Origin: Pseudomonadota bacterium
Lineage (GTDB): Bacteria > Pseudomonadota > Alphaproteobacteria > Rhodobacterales > Rhodobacteraceae
Reading direction: 5' to 3'
Length of the DNA: 64,000 nucleotides
Assembly (NCBI GenBank): GCA_039026055.1
Contig: JBCCNB010000001.1
Coordinates: 17,240 to 81,239 of the forward strand
This document shows positions 51,166 through 61,422 of the stretch, piece by piece. The first letter of the stretch is position 1. Each line of letters begins with the position of its first letter. The notes under the pieces are model-generated. The model did no database searches. It was not told where the DNA came from and was given only the letters and a program-made list of their open reading frames with translations. Position numbers and translations under genes: made by a program.

Positions 51166-51191
51166 AAGAAAGGCCACGCTTTCGCGTGGCC
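51166..51191 (-). terminator. Probable terminator after the methyltransferase gene
   Basis: GGCCACGC-TTTC-GCGTGGCC with an A-rich left flank; the stem resembles the one at 3353-3376. Confidence 0.5.
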
Positions 51192-51228
51192 CATGGTATC
51201 TGGTGGCCTCGCTGGCGCTCGGGGCCTT

Positions 51229-52313
51229 TTAAGCGCGGCGACGTCTGCGTCCGCCTGCGCGACCGCCGCGGCCTTCGCCTTCTTCACCGGGTTTGGGCGG
51301 GGCCTTGTTGAACTTGATCCAGTCGCCGCCATGGGGGTCGTTGTTGGTGAGGAAATTGGCAGCGCGAATGGCTTCCATTTCCTTGCCCGCGCGTTGCTTA
51401 GTGGACCCAAGGCCAAAGAGCTGGCAGAAGGTTTCGTCATCCATGTCGTCGGGGATGACGATGCCTGCGGCGGCGGCCTCAGCGCGTTTTGCGTCCTTGT
51501 CGGCCTGTTTCACGGCAAGTGCGACAGGGTTCATGATGGCCGATGTCATGCCAGCACCCATGGCCATGGGCAAAAACGCGTTGTTGATGCCGTGGCGGTT
51601 GGGCAAGCCGAAAGAGATGTTGGAGGCCCCGCAGGTGGTGTTGACGCCCAGTTCTTCGCGCAGTTTGCGCACCAGCGTGAAGACCTGTTGCCCGGCAGTG
51701 GCCATCGCGCCGATGGGCATCACCAGCGGATCGACCACGATGTCATGGGCTGGGATCCCGTGATCGGCGGCGCGTTCAACGATCATCTTGGCAACGGCAA
51801 AGCGGACTTCCGGGTCTTCAGAGATGCCCGTTTCGTCGTTGGAAATGGCCACCACCGGCACCTTGTACTTGGCACAGAGCGGCAGCACCTTTTCCATTTT
51901 CTCTTCTTCGCCCGTCACGGAGTTCACGAGCGGGCGGCCTTCGCAGGCTTCAAGTCCTGCTTGCAACGCTTCGGGCACCGAGCTGTCGATGCAGAGCGGC
52001 ACATCGACGATCCCCTGCACCAGGCCCACCAATTCTTTCATCAAAGGTGGTTCAACGAAGTTGTTGTCGGCGTAGCGCACATCCTCTGCCATCTTGTTCT
52101 TGAAGACAGCACCGGAGTTGATATCGAGCATGGTGGCGCCTGCTTCAACCTGGGCGAGGCATCGGATTTCACCATCTCGAAATTGCCCTGTTCGAGCTGT
52201 TCGTTCAGGATCCGGCGGCCGGTGGGGTTGATCCGTTCGCCGATCACGCAGAAGGGCTGATCAAAACCAATAATCGCGGTTTTGGATTTGGATTCGACGA
52301 TGGTGCGGGTCAT
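51229..52313 (-). CDS. Methyltetrahydrofolate:cobalamin methyltransferase (pterin-binding module of split MetH); 1-nt frameshift at about 52158, probably a sequencing error
   Basis: VIGERINPTGR in the first frame; restoring one C (GCC-CTC) gives DALAQVEAGATMLDIN...LCIDSS...NSV...VDPLVMP...GASNISFGLP. Confidence 0.8.
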
Positions 52314-52324
52314 TTAAGGATCCT

Positions 52325-53251
52325 TTAGGCGGCAGTTGCCGGTTTGGTCGATTGGCCGCCGTTTTCGATGGCCCAGTTGGCGTTGGTCTTGATGCCGCCC
52401 AGCGGGAAGAAATGGACGCTCTCGATGTTGAAATCGGGGTTGGCGGCTTTGTGGGCGGCCAGTTCCGACAGAACTTCGGTGGGTTCATAGGGCAGAAGCA
52501 GTTTCGTCACATCCATGGCGCGCTTTTGCAGGACCTTGAGAGACGCGCCCACGCCGCAAGCGATAGCAAATTTGATCAGGGTCTGAAGCTTGGCAGGCCC
52601 TGCGATGCCGATATGGACGGGAATGTCGATGCCAGCCGCCTTCAGGCTATCGGCCCAGTCGATGATCGGACCGGCTTCAAAGGCAAACTGCGTGGCGAGA
52701 GCCATCTGGGCGTCGGTTGTTTCGGAAAACTTCTGCTTCCAGCGGAGCGCGTCATCCACGTTGTTTGTGGACCCGTCGGGATCGATGTCCTTGTTGCCTT
52801 CGGGGTGACCGGCAACATGCAGGCGCTTGAAGCCCGCCTTGTCGAAGGCACCGGATTCCAAAAGTTGCATCGAGCTGTGAAAGTCGCCGTGGGGCGTGTC
52901 AACGCCGCCGGCCAACAGAAGCGCCTGATCGACGCCCGCCTCGCCCTGATATCGCGCAATCCAGTCGGTGAGTGTTGCCTCATCTTTGATGATACGGGCC
53001 GGGAAATGGGGCATCACCGGGTAGCCATCATCGGCCAAGCGCTTGGCGGTCGCAACCATGTCTTCGATGGGCGTGCCTTCGATATGGGCGATATACACCC
53101 GTGTGCCAGCAGGCAGGAGCGCGCGGAAGTCTTCAACCTTTTCGGCGGTGCGCGGCATCACCTCGATCGAATACCCTTTCAGGAAGGATTCCATCTCAGG
53201 CGTTACGGATGGCGTTGCCGCCTCACGCTTTTTGAAGTTCAAAAGTGCCAT
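52325..53251 (-). CDS. metF: Methylenetetrahydrofolate reductase-like protein
   Basis: YSIEVMP, PHFPAR, LLLAGG, VAGHPEG, TQFAF, HFFPLGG. Confidence 0.75.
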   Translation of the reverse strand: MALLNFKKREAATPSVTPEMESFLKGYSIEVMPRTAEKVEDFRALLPAGTRVYIAHIEGTPIEDMVATAKRLADDGYPVMPHFPARIIKDEATLTDWIARYQGEAGVDQALLLAGGVDTPHGDFHSSMQLLESGAFDKAGFKRLHVAGHPEGNKDIDPDGSTNNVDDALRWKQKFSETTDAQMALATQFAFEAGPIIDWADSLKAAGIDIPVHIGIAGPAKLQTLIKFAIACGVGASLKVLQKRAMDVTKLLLPYEPTEVLSELAAHKAANPDFNIESVHFFPLGGIKTNANWAIENGGQSTKPATAA

Positions 53252-53279
53252 TAAGGCCTCCCATAAGCTGCGGTCTGGA

Positions 53280-53576
53280 TCACGCCCAGCCATTGTTGGC
53301 GATCAGCTGCCTGACCCGGTCCCGATCATATTCTTCTTCAAGTCGTGTGGCCTCAGACTCGGCCACGTCGGCCGCGTCACCCTCCACCTGATAGGGCGGG
53401 GCCTTGCGCCATTCTGCCAGATAAGCATCAGAATCCTTGGCGCCAAGCCGCATGGCCGCGGCATCAATGGCTTGTTCAAAGCGCTCTGGCAGCTGTTTTT
53501 TTGCGCCTCGGCGGCCCTTGCCCACAATGACTTGGGCGGGGATATCGCGCCAGTAAACGACAGTCACGTCAACCAT
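53280..53576 (-). CDS. 'Virulence factor' family (YWRDIP) protein of the split-MetH locus
   Basis: VVYWRDIPAQVIV, LPERFEQAIDAAAM, DAYLAEWRK. Confidence 0.85.
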   Translation of the reverse strand: MVDVTVVYWRDIPAQVIVGKGRRGAKKQLPERFEQAIDAAAMRLGAKDSDAYLAEWRKAPPYQVEGDAADVAESEATRLEEEYDRDRVRQLIANNGWA

Positions 53577-53836
53577 GGATGATTCCTTTGCAAACTTGAC
53601 CCTAACTAATGCAGAGCGTGTCTCATCCGGAGTCGATTTTCGACAAAACGGAAAACGACTGCGACACCCGCGTTCTTTCAGTTCATGTGACCTCAGATGC
53701 CATAGGTTCAAGCACCACGTCACGTGAAAGCTTCTCATCATAAAGAATCAAGCGCGCTCAAGGGTGTGTGTCGGGCTTGCGTCGGCAGCATTCTGCGCCT
53801 ACCTTCAAGTTAACTCGAAATGGAAGGCGTAAAGTT

Positions 53837-54952
53837 ATGGCGCCTAAGCGTCCCGTTGGTGCGGGCGCTATCCCAAATACGGTTGAGAGCCCCGCACTGA
53901 ACCGGCCCGGAACAGCCCCGCTTTATGCAGCACTGGATCTGGGCACAAATTCTTGTCGCATGCTGGTTGCCCGACCGAATGGCAGCCAATTTGAGGTCGT
54001 GGACAGTTTCTCCAAATCTGTGCAGCTTGGATCGGGCCTTGAGAAGACCGGAAAACTGTCACGTGCCTCGATCTATCGTACAATTCAGGCGCTGCGTGTC
54101 TGCCATCAGAAGATCAAGCGCAACAAAGTCAGTCGGATGCGTTTGGTGGCGACAGAAGCTTGTCGTCGGGCCTCTAATGGAGAGGCGTTTCTGGCGCGGG
54201 TGAAGCGGGAAACGGGGCTGAAGCTTGATATCATTGAGCCACAAGAGGAGGCGCAACTGGCCGTCGTGTCATGCGCGCCACTTGTGGGTAAGCGGACCGA
54301 ACAGTTGCTGGTCGTTGATATCGGCGGTGGGTCGACGGAGCTTGTCTGGATTGACCTGACGAAGGTGCCGCCCAAGGAGCGCGCCCAGTCGATCATGCGG
54401 ATGCATAACGGGTTCGAGCCACGGGTGATGACGGATGCTGCCGCGCGGGTGGTGGATTGGATTTCGGTGCCGTTGGGCGTGGCCACGTTGCGCGATCAGT
54501 TCAATGATGTGGAAGACGACGGCGCGCGCTTTGCGCTGATGAGCTGGTTTTTCGAAGAGAACCTGTCGGAATTTGCCCCTTACAAGGATGAACCGACCCG
54601 AGAAGGGTTTCAGATCGTCGGGACATCCGGGACGGTGACGACAGTTGCGGCCAGCCATTTGGGGCTGAAACGCTATGATCGCAACAAGGTGGACGGGCTG
54701 AGGATGAGTTCTGAGGAAATCGACAAGGTCATCCGGTCTTATCTGGCACTCGGGCCTACGGGCCGTCGGAAGGATCCCCGGATCGGGACGGACCGGCAGG
54801 CGCTGATCATGTCGGGGTCGGCCATTTTGCAGGCGCTTTTGCGGTGTTGGCCAACGGACAGGTTGTCGGTGGCCGATCGTGGGCTGCGAGAGGGAATCCT
54901 GTATGCGCTCATGTCCTCAGACGGGATGCTTGCCGATGATCCGATTGATTGA
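53837..54952 (+). CDS. Ppx/GppA-family phosphatase
   Basis: AALDLGTNSCR, VATEACR, DIGGGSTE, GTSGT, DRGLREG. Confidence 0.92.
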   Translation: MAPKRPVGAGAIPNTVESPALNRPGTAPLYAALDLGTNSCRMLVARPNGSQFEVVDSFSKSVQLGSGLEKTGKLSRASIYRTIQALRVCHQKIKRNKVSRMRLVATEACRRASNGEAFLARVKRETGLKLDIIEPQEEAQLAVVSCAPLVGKRTEQLLVVDIGGGSTELVWIDLTKVPPKERAQSIMRMHNGFEPRVMTDAAARVVDWISVPLGVATLRDQFNDVEDDGARFALMSWFFEENLSEFAPYKDEPTREGFQIVGTSGTVTTVAASHLGLKRYDRNKVDGLRMSSEEIDKVIRSYLALGPTGRRKDPRIGTDRQALIMSGSAILQALLRCWPTDRLSVADRGLREGILYALMSSDGMLADDPID

Positions 54953-54961
54953 GGGCACGTA

Positions 54962-55675
54962 ATGGCCAAGACACCGGATGGAAAGAACACCTCGGGCCGT
55001 GGACAACGGGATCTGAAGGTGAAAGTGAAAACCGCGCGGGGGCGGAAATCATCCTCGACCCGCTGGCTGCAGCGGCAGTTGAACGACCCTTACGTGAAAC
55101 GCGCCCAGGCTGAAGGCTATCGTGGGCGGGCTGCGTTTAAGATCATGGAACTTGATGACAAGTTCGGGTTTCTCAGACCCGGTGCGCGGGTGGTTGATCT
55201 GGGCTGCGCACCGGGCGGGTGGTGTCAAGTGGCGGTGCCTCGTGTGAATGCGTTGGGCGATGCGGGCAAGCCGCGTGGATACATCCTGGGCATTGACCTG
55301 CAGGAGGTCGAACCCATTCCGGGGGTGGAGCTGCATCAACTGGATTTCATGCAAGACGACGCAGATCTACGCGTGAAGGAATGGTTGGGCGGCAAGGCCG
55401 ATGTGGTGATGTCGGATATGGCAGCGGCCTCCAGCGGGCATAAACAGACCGATCATTTGCGCATTATCGCGCTGTGTGAAGCGGCGGCTTATCTGGCGTT
55501 TGACGTGCTGGAGGAGGGGGGCACGTTCGTGTCGAAAGTTCTGGCGGGGGGCGCGGAAGGTGAGTTGCAGAAGATCCTGAAGCAACGCTTCACGAAGGTG
55601 GCCAATGTAAAGCCACCCGCGTCACGATCTGACAGTTCGGAAAAATTCGTGGTCGCAACCGGATTTCGCGGATAG
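54962..55675 (+). CDS. rlmE: 23S rRNA Um2552 methyltransferase
   Basis: [35 protein letters not shown]. Confidence 0.95.
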   Translation: MAKTPDGKNTSGRGQRDLKVKVKTARGRKSSSTRWLQRQLNDPYVKRAQAEGYRGRAAFKIMELDDKFGFLRPGARVVDLGCAPGGWCQVAVPRVNALGDAGKPRGYILGIDLQEVEPIPGVELHQLDFMQDDADLRVKEWLGGKADVVMSDMAAASSGHKQTDHLRIIALCEAAAYLAFDVLEEGGTFVSKVLAGGAEGELQKILKQRFTKVANVKPPASRSDSSEKFVVATGFRG

Positions 55676-56053
55676 GCCGCACGTCGGTCCTTACGAACGG
55701 TCTCGCTCAGGCTGCGCGCAGGGACGCAAGCGCCTTCACGGTAAAAGCGGTTTCCCAATTCAGGTCGTGTTCGGCGGGCTCAAACGTGTCTTTCGCACTG
55801 CGCGCCAGATTCTCCTGGCGCAGCAGTTCAAATAGCTGAGCGTGCCGGGCAGGGGCATCGCGCATGGGTTTCTCCAAGTCAATCAAGTTGGTTTCAACAA
55901 CAAGGCGTCTTGGATAGCGGCCAAATCTGGCCGTATTGTCCCGCAAATTGGGTGATTTTGGGGTTGTTGGTGATGACGGTAACGGCGTGTCAGTATCAAC
56001 CGGTGCCGTTTGCGCGGAGACGATCTGAGATCGGTTTTATCGTTTGAAACAGC

Positions 56054-57067
56054 TCACAGAACGGTATTCCAGTCTTCCAACAGAGCCGTTGCTCTGGCGA
56101 TTTGCCAACTTTGTACTGCTGCTGCGGTGTCTTTACAGGGTTCCAAACCAACGATGAATTCATTTGCCCCGGCAGTGGTGACCGCAAAATGAGCGCATTT
56201 GAATTGGCACAAATCCAGTTTCACAAGATCCAAAAACAGATCCACGAAGCTGAGTGGCGTGAAGACCCAGCAATGGGCATCTGCATAGGCTGTCGAAGCG
56301 GCGTTTTTGCGCACCAGCTTCAACGCATCACGAGCGGTGCGCAGGTGTTCTGGCGGCGCTGACAAATAGGTGCCCAACCAGGCCTCTTTCGCGTCAACGG
56401 GCGTGTAATAAAGGAAGTTGTCAAACAGCTGCGCGGGTTCTGGACGAGACGGTTTTGAAAAGTAGGGGCCCACAACATCATCGAATTCAGAGCAGTCGCG
56501 AAGTAAGTCGAACGTAAACCGCTTATCCGGAACGACTAATCTGATCTGACCATCTTGAGCCAGTATCTCGGCAAGCGCGTTCAGCCCGCCGACTAAATCG
56601 GGGACGTGCTCAATCACATGCGATGCAACAACCAATGAAAACTTCGTTTCTGCTCCAAATATTTTTGACATGTCTGTGTCATCGATCACGAAATCGACGT
56701 CCACGATATCAGCAACATTCACATTTGCATCATGTCGGTATTTTTCTGCGATTTCGGACGTGGATGCGTGATCCGCGAACTTTGCGTTGGGATGCCCGCG
56801 CGGTAGCAACGGGTTGGTCAAAGCGCCAAACTCGACACTTGGCTTCGTTAGATCAAGGTCGGCCAGCACCCTTTGGCGTCGGTCAGGTTCAAACTCACGG
56901 CCTTCTGCGAACCCGTGGTTCACAAAATGATTAACAAGCCCATCATCCGACTGGATGCCAGACGTCTTCAGGTCGGGGTTTCGTTGCAGATATTCATGGG
57001 CATCAAAATGGATTGCCATCCACTTGGTAAGTGGGGCTGCTGCCCTAGTCCTTAGCTTGTCTACCAT
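56054..57067 (-). CDS. Class I SAM-dependent methyltransferase-like protein with one N-terminal HF..G..EGR repeat
   Basis: FDAHEYLQRNPDL...NHFVNHGFAEGR; VEFGAL; VVASHVIEHVPD; VVPDKRFTFD; DAHCWVFT. Confidence 0.75.
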   Translation of the reverse strand: MVDKLRTRAAAPLTKWMAIHFDAHEYLQRNPDLKTSGIQSDDGLVNHFVNHGFAEGREFEPDRRQRVLADLDLTKPSVEFGALTNPLLPRGHPNAKFADHASTSEIAEKYRHDANVNVADIVDVDFVIDDTDMSKIFGAETKFSLVVASHVIEHVPDLVGGLNALAEILAQDGQIRLVVPDKRFTFDLLRDCSEFDDVVGPYFSKPSRPEPAQLFDNFLYYTPVDAKEAWLGTYLSAPPEHLRTARDALKLVRKNAASTAYADAHCWVFTPLSFVDLFLDLVKLDLCQFKCAHFAVTTAGANEFIVGLEPCKDTAAAVQSWQIARATALLEDWNTVL

Positions 57068-60000
57068 TCACGACGTCCTGAATTGCTGCATACCATGCGC
57101 TGTCTTCGCTATCATGTCCTGACCAGCTTGCCATGTGTTCCCGGCCTGCTTCCAGTTTACGTTTCAGATGCTCGGGGTTGTCGACCAGTTCAGAAAGTGC
57201 ATCGAACCAAGCGCCGGGTGTGTGACCTACCTTTACAACATAGTCTCCGTCATATGTTGCATATTCCGCGTAGTCGGACACGACCGGCAGCGCACCCATT
57301 GAGATGTAATCCGCAATTTTTATGGCAGACTTGGACGCATTGAAGGTGGTCTCAACAAGCGGCCCAAGGCCGATATGCCATCTGTCCAAGCCTCGTACCC
57401 AAGACATGAACCTCAGATAGCTGCCCGCCACGTGTGGGGGAATTTCGACGCGCTGGATGTAATCTGGAAAGCCTGCTTCTGCCGTTACGCCTACAATTCC
57501 TATTTGCACAGAGGGTCCGTATTTCCGGTGCAGACGCTCCAGATCGGGAAGGATCATTTGCAAATCAGCCGTGTGCGTCATCGTGCCCATGTAAAGAATG
57601 CGCACCGGGCCCTCTACGTCCACGAAAGGCGCATTGCTAACGCAAAATTGCGGCGCCAGTGCGTTGCTTATGACTTTGGTGTCGGCTTGGAAAGACGTCG
57701 ACATCAACGACTTCAATGGCTCTGTAGAAACTGTAATCTGCATGGCTGACGATGCCAGTTTTGAAATGCGTTCGACATTGCGGTTGAGGTGGGTCGCCTC
57801 ATCATGGGTCGCAATCGGTGTTATCAAATTATCGTCCAAGTCAAAAATAATTGGAATATTGAAACGGTCTTTGTATCGCAGCAGCGCTTCAAGCCCTTCG
57901 TCCGTCGAAACTGCATTGCGTTGCGTAACGATAACATCCGGCTCGACATCAGCCAGTTCGTTATCTCGAATAATGAATGCCTCAATCAGGCCGGCCTTGT
58001 GCAATTGCATCAGGGGCAGGATCAGACGAATAAAGCCACAAGGCGAATAAAACCCGTCCAGATTACGTTCTGGTATCACGGCCACACTGGGACGCCCTGC
58101 GACTGTTGCCGAATTTTTTCGAGCATCGCTCTTGTCTGGCTCGGCAGGGCTCTTCAACCACTGATGAAAAGCCGCTTTGGCGCCGTATCCGGTCGATATT
58201 CTGGGCGTTTCTCCTATTGTGACGAAACTGGGCATAGATGCGGCTTCGATCAAAGTCGCAATCCACGTTTCTGAGGATGCTCCCAGTGGTAGAAGCGTGG
58301 CATTCTCTAAGTTTTGAAGGCGTTCAACAAATGCGCCGAGTTTTGTTGATACGATCGGAAGGCCAGAATTGATCGCTTGAGAAAGCACGTAACTGTACGT
58401 TTCCGGCCCAATCGCCGGTAGCCATAAGACATCAATATTATAGCCAGATGTAAGATCTTGTAGATCTTCCTCCTGATACTGGCCATGGATGCATATGTTG
58501 CAATCCAAAGCCCATGCCGCATCACCGTGGTAGGATCCAATGAGGACAAAATCGATATCAAGAAACCGCGATGCAAGCGCTACGTTGCGGAGCACTTCGC
58601 CGCCCTTTTGATGCGCGATGTGGCCAAGAAGGCCAACACGTACTCGGCCCTTTTGCACGTTTGGTTCTCGGCGGACGATGGGCACATCGGCATTGGTCTT
58701 TTCGTGGGGAATGGCCGTGATCGAAATGTCTTCGAAATATCGGTTAAAACGCGCTGCTGTGTCATTGGACGGGGTGACGACCCGGTCGGCCCCACGCAAA
58801 AGCTTGCGACTGATCCGCCTCCATGTGTCGATTGTACTTACGTCTGGTGACGTGAACCCAACGCATCCGTCGTAAATGTCTTCGGACGACTCCAGCCAAA
58901 ACGCGTCGCCCTGTCGGGCGATCAAGTTGATGGACGGGCAAGCCAGATAGTAATCGTGTAAGAACACTTCATATGGCGCCTGCAAATCGTTGAGAAAGTC
59001 CACCAGCCCCTTGTCTCGCCAACCAATCGTATGTTGAACGCTGATTTTCGCAAATCCAAAGGACCGTAAAAACGGCGCAAGGTCTTTGAAGTAGCGGCCG
59101 TCAATTTGGATCGTCGGATGGTCCGGAACAGAGGGAAAAGACAGTTCAAAACCACCCGGGGTGGCCGACAATACCGCAGCGTGGAGATGGCCGCTTTGCG
59201 CGTCGATGACCTGCGAAATAAATTTGGCGGTCCCGCCGCCAAGACTGTGCGATAGGAAAAGCACACTTGGCCTTGGCCCCAATCTGAACATTTCTCTGGT
59301 CGCGGCCATGAGGTATTTCAACGTCACGTTGGACTGAACGAACCGTGCAACGTTGTTCAGATAGTGAGGGTATATGTCTTCTATGGCCCGCTCTCCGCTC
59401 AGACGCGAGGATGATTTGGAGCCAAAGCTGACTTCTCCGACATGGTAGACGACGACATCGCATGCCAGGACGTGTTTCCAGCCCTTCTCTGACGCCCTCA
59501 GGCAAAAATCGACTTCTTCGCCGTAGTCTTTGCCGAACGTTACAAGATCGAAATACCCAACATCCTCCAAACATTCGCGCTTTATGTACATCGCAGACCC
59601 AACGGCCGTGGGTATCTCAATTGATTGGCGGGCAGACGCGTTATGGAAAGCAGCATCTAGTTGACCAAGGCTCACCCCCGGGGGCAGTGGGCCGCCATTG
59701 ATGTCCGGATAGCTTTAGATTGTTGCGTTGTTCGAAAAGGGCGTGACCGTGGCCACATCCTTGTCGTTCCTGGCATGCCAAGCCAATTTTTCCAGCCAGC
59801 CCGCAGGTACCTCTGTGTCACTGTTCAGCAGCACCACATCGTTTGACGACGAATATCGCATCCCACGATCTACGGACCCCACGAAGCCGAGGTTGTCCTC
59901 GTTCTCAAGCAGGATGATGTCGTCAGCTGCCGCGACCTCCCGCAGGTAATCTGTGATCTCTGGCTCCGGCGAACAGTCATTGATGACGATGATGTTGTGA

Positions 60001-60668
60001 ACCGGGCCTATTCCCCATTTGATCAGGCTTTCAATGCATCTTTTTGTATCCTCCAGCCCTCGATACACCGGAATGATAACATCGATTGCTGCGCCTTCTG
60101 CGATGTCGTCTGTCGTTGCATCAAGGCCTTTGAGGTCAGGCCGCATGCTGAGGATATCTGCGACTTCGTTGATGGGCAGCGATTGTGATTGGCCATGTTT
60201 CAAATAGTGCGCCAACGGATTTGACACGCTGTCTGGATGCGCTGTTCCATACCACGCCGCATTGAAATCAGCGCTTGGATTGCGCCCTTCATCTAAGCCG
60301 TGCAAGAGGTAGTGTTCCAACGCGGAATTGGTCCACTGGTGCAAATCTGAGTAGAATGAAAAATACCAGTTGGGGTCAAAATGCTTATTGGGTGAGCGTC
60401 CTTCACGCATGCCGTGGCTGAGGAAATGATCCCACAGATCAATATCGAGATGGGTTAGATCGGCATAATGGTTTCTGTACCAGTCTTCATCCCACAACGC
60501 CGACAAACGGTCTTCGGCAAGGGGGGTAAGGTCGACCCACGCGGCGGGTCTGCCGAGGATTTCAGGCGTTGCAGGAACACGCTTTGAAAAACTGCCGATG
60601 ACGGACCTGACAAACTTACGAGGTGAAACGCGCATTATGTAGATACCTTGCCTTAGGCCCAAGTTCAT
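57045..60668 (-). pseudogene. Multidomain glycosyltransferase (3 N-terminal repeats, GT2, then GT4-like domains) with an in-frame TAA at 59715-59717
   Basis: IDVIIPVYRG, NDCSPE, NLGFV, LLNSDTEV, TPFSNNATI*SYP continuing in the same frame to YGEEVDFCLRA..GW, HDYY..CP, QKG, PETYSYVLS, FDLDDNL, KSAIK. Confidence 0.8.
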
Positions 60669-61137
60669 TCCAACCGGGTCACGGTTTTGCCGCTCGTGTG
60701 ATGGCCCTACGCGGCCAGTTTGTCCATCAGGTTTTGTCTTCTAGCAAGGGTTGTCACGATTTCGCTGAGAGGTTTCAGGAGCGCACCACGCAATTGCAGC
60801 CGCGTTTGTAGTGCGGGCGTCCGGCTGTTCGACCTCTAATCCATGCATAATCATGGTGCCACCCGATTTTAATTTTTGACAAAGCAAGTCAGACCAACCA
60901 AATGGCTCACGGTCCTTTGCTCCTAGAACAGGGGTTTTGAATTGCCTGTTGCAAAGTGCTTACGACAAAGCCCCAACGGCGGCGGCTTCCATTTTTTGCA
61001 AAATGAAGCAGCCAAACAACATGTTCAAATGGCAACCAATATTTCGCGGCTGAAAAGATGTTGTTTGGCGGGCAGAGATGTAGAAACTTCAAACCCGCCA
61101 AAGCCCTCAAGTAGCGAAGCGGTAGGGCACTTAAAAG

Positions 61138-61227
61138 TGGCGGAGAGACAGGGATTCGAACCCTGGGAACCCGTGAAGGCTCAACGGTTTTCGAGACCGC
61201 CCCGTTCGACCACTCCGGCACCTCTCC
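61138..61227 (-). tRNA. tRNA-Ser (CGA)
   Basis: Minus strand reads GGAGAGGTGCCGGAGTGGTCGAACGGGGCGGTCTCGAAAACCG + long variable arm + GGTTCGAATCCCTGTCTCTCCGCCA; 90 nt. Confidence 0.97.
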
Positions 61228-61422
61228 GCGGGGGTCTGGGCGCTCCGTGTAATGGGCTTTGGAAGGCTGGGCAAGGACTTTGAGGGGCGTGGTTTGGGCC
61301 ACATGTTGAATTGTCGCGGGCCCGCATGCAAAGTTGTGATTGCAAGGTTTTCCCGTAACGCACTAGGATTTCCAAAAGGACAATCGGCAGTCTGGCAAAG
61401 ATCTGGCTAAGAGGAGAGCAGC

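Noticed and set aside
44728-59717. Recoding (selenocysteine, pyrrolysine or an alternative genetic code) to explain the in-frame stops
   Set aside because: The three stops are different codons (TAG, TGA, TAA), all three end normal genes in this window, and the TGA aligns to Trp in sister domains.
60669-61137. Integrase or other gene next to tRNA-Ser
   Set aside because: Only short ORFs without recombinase motifs; treated as promoter or spacer sequence.
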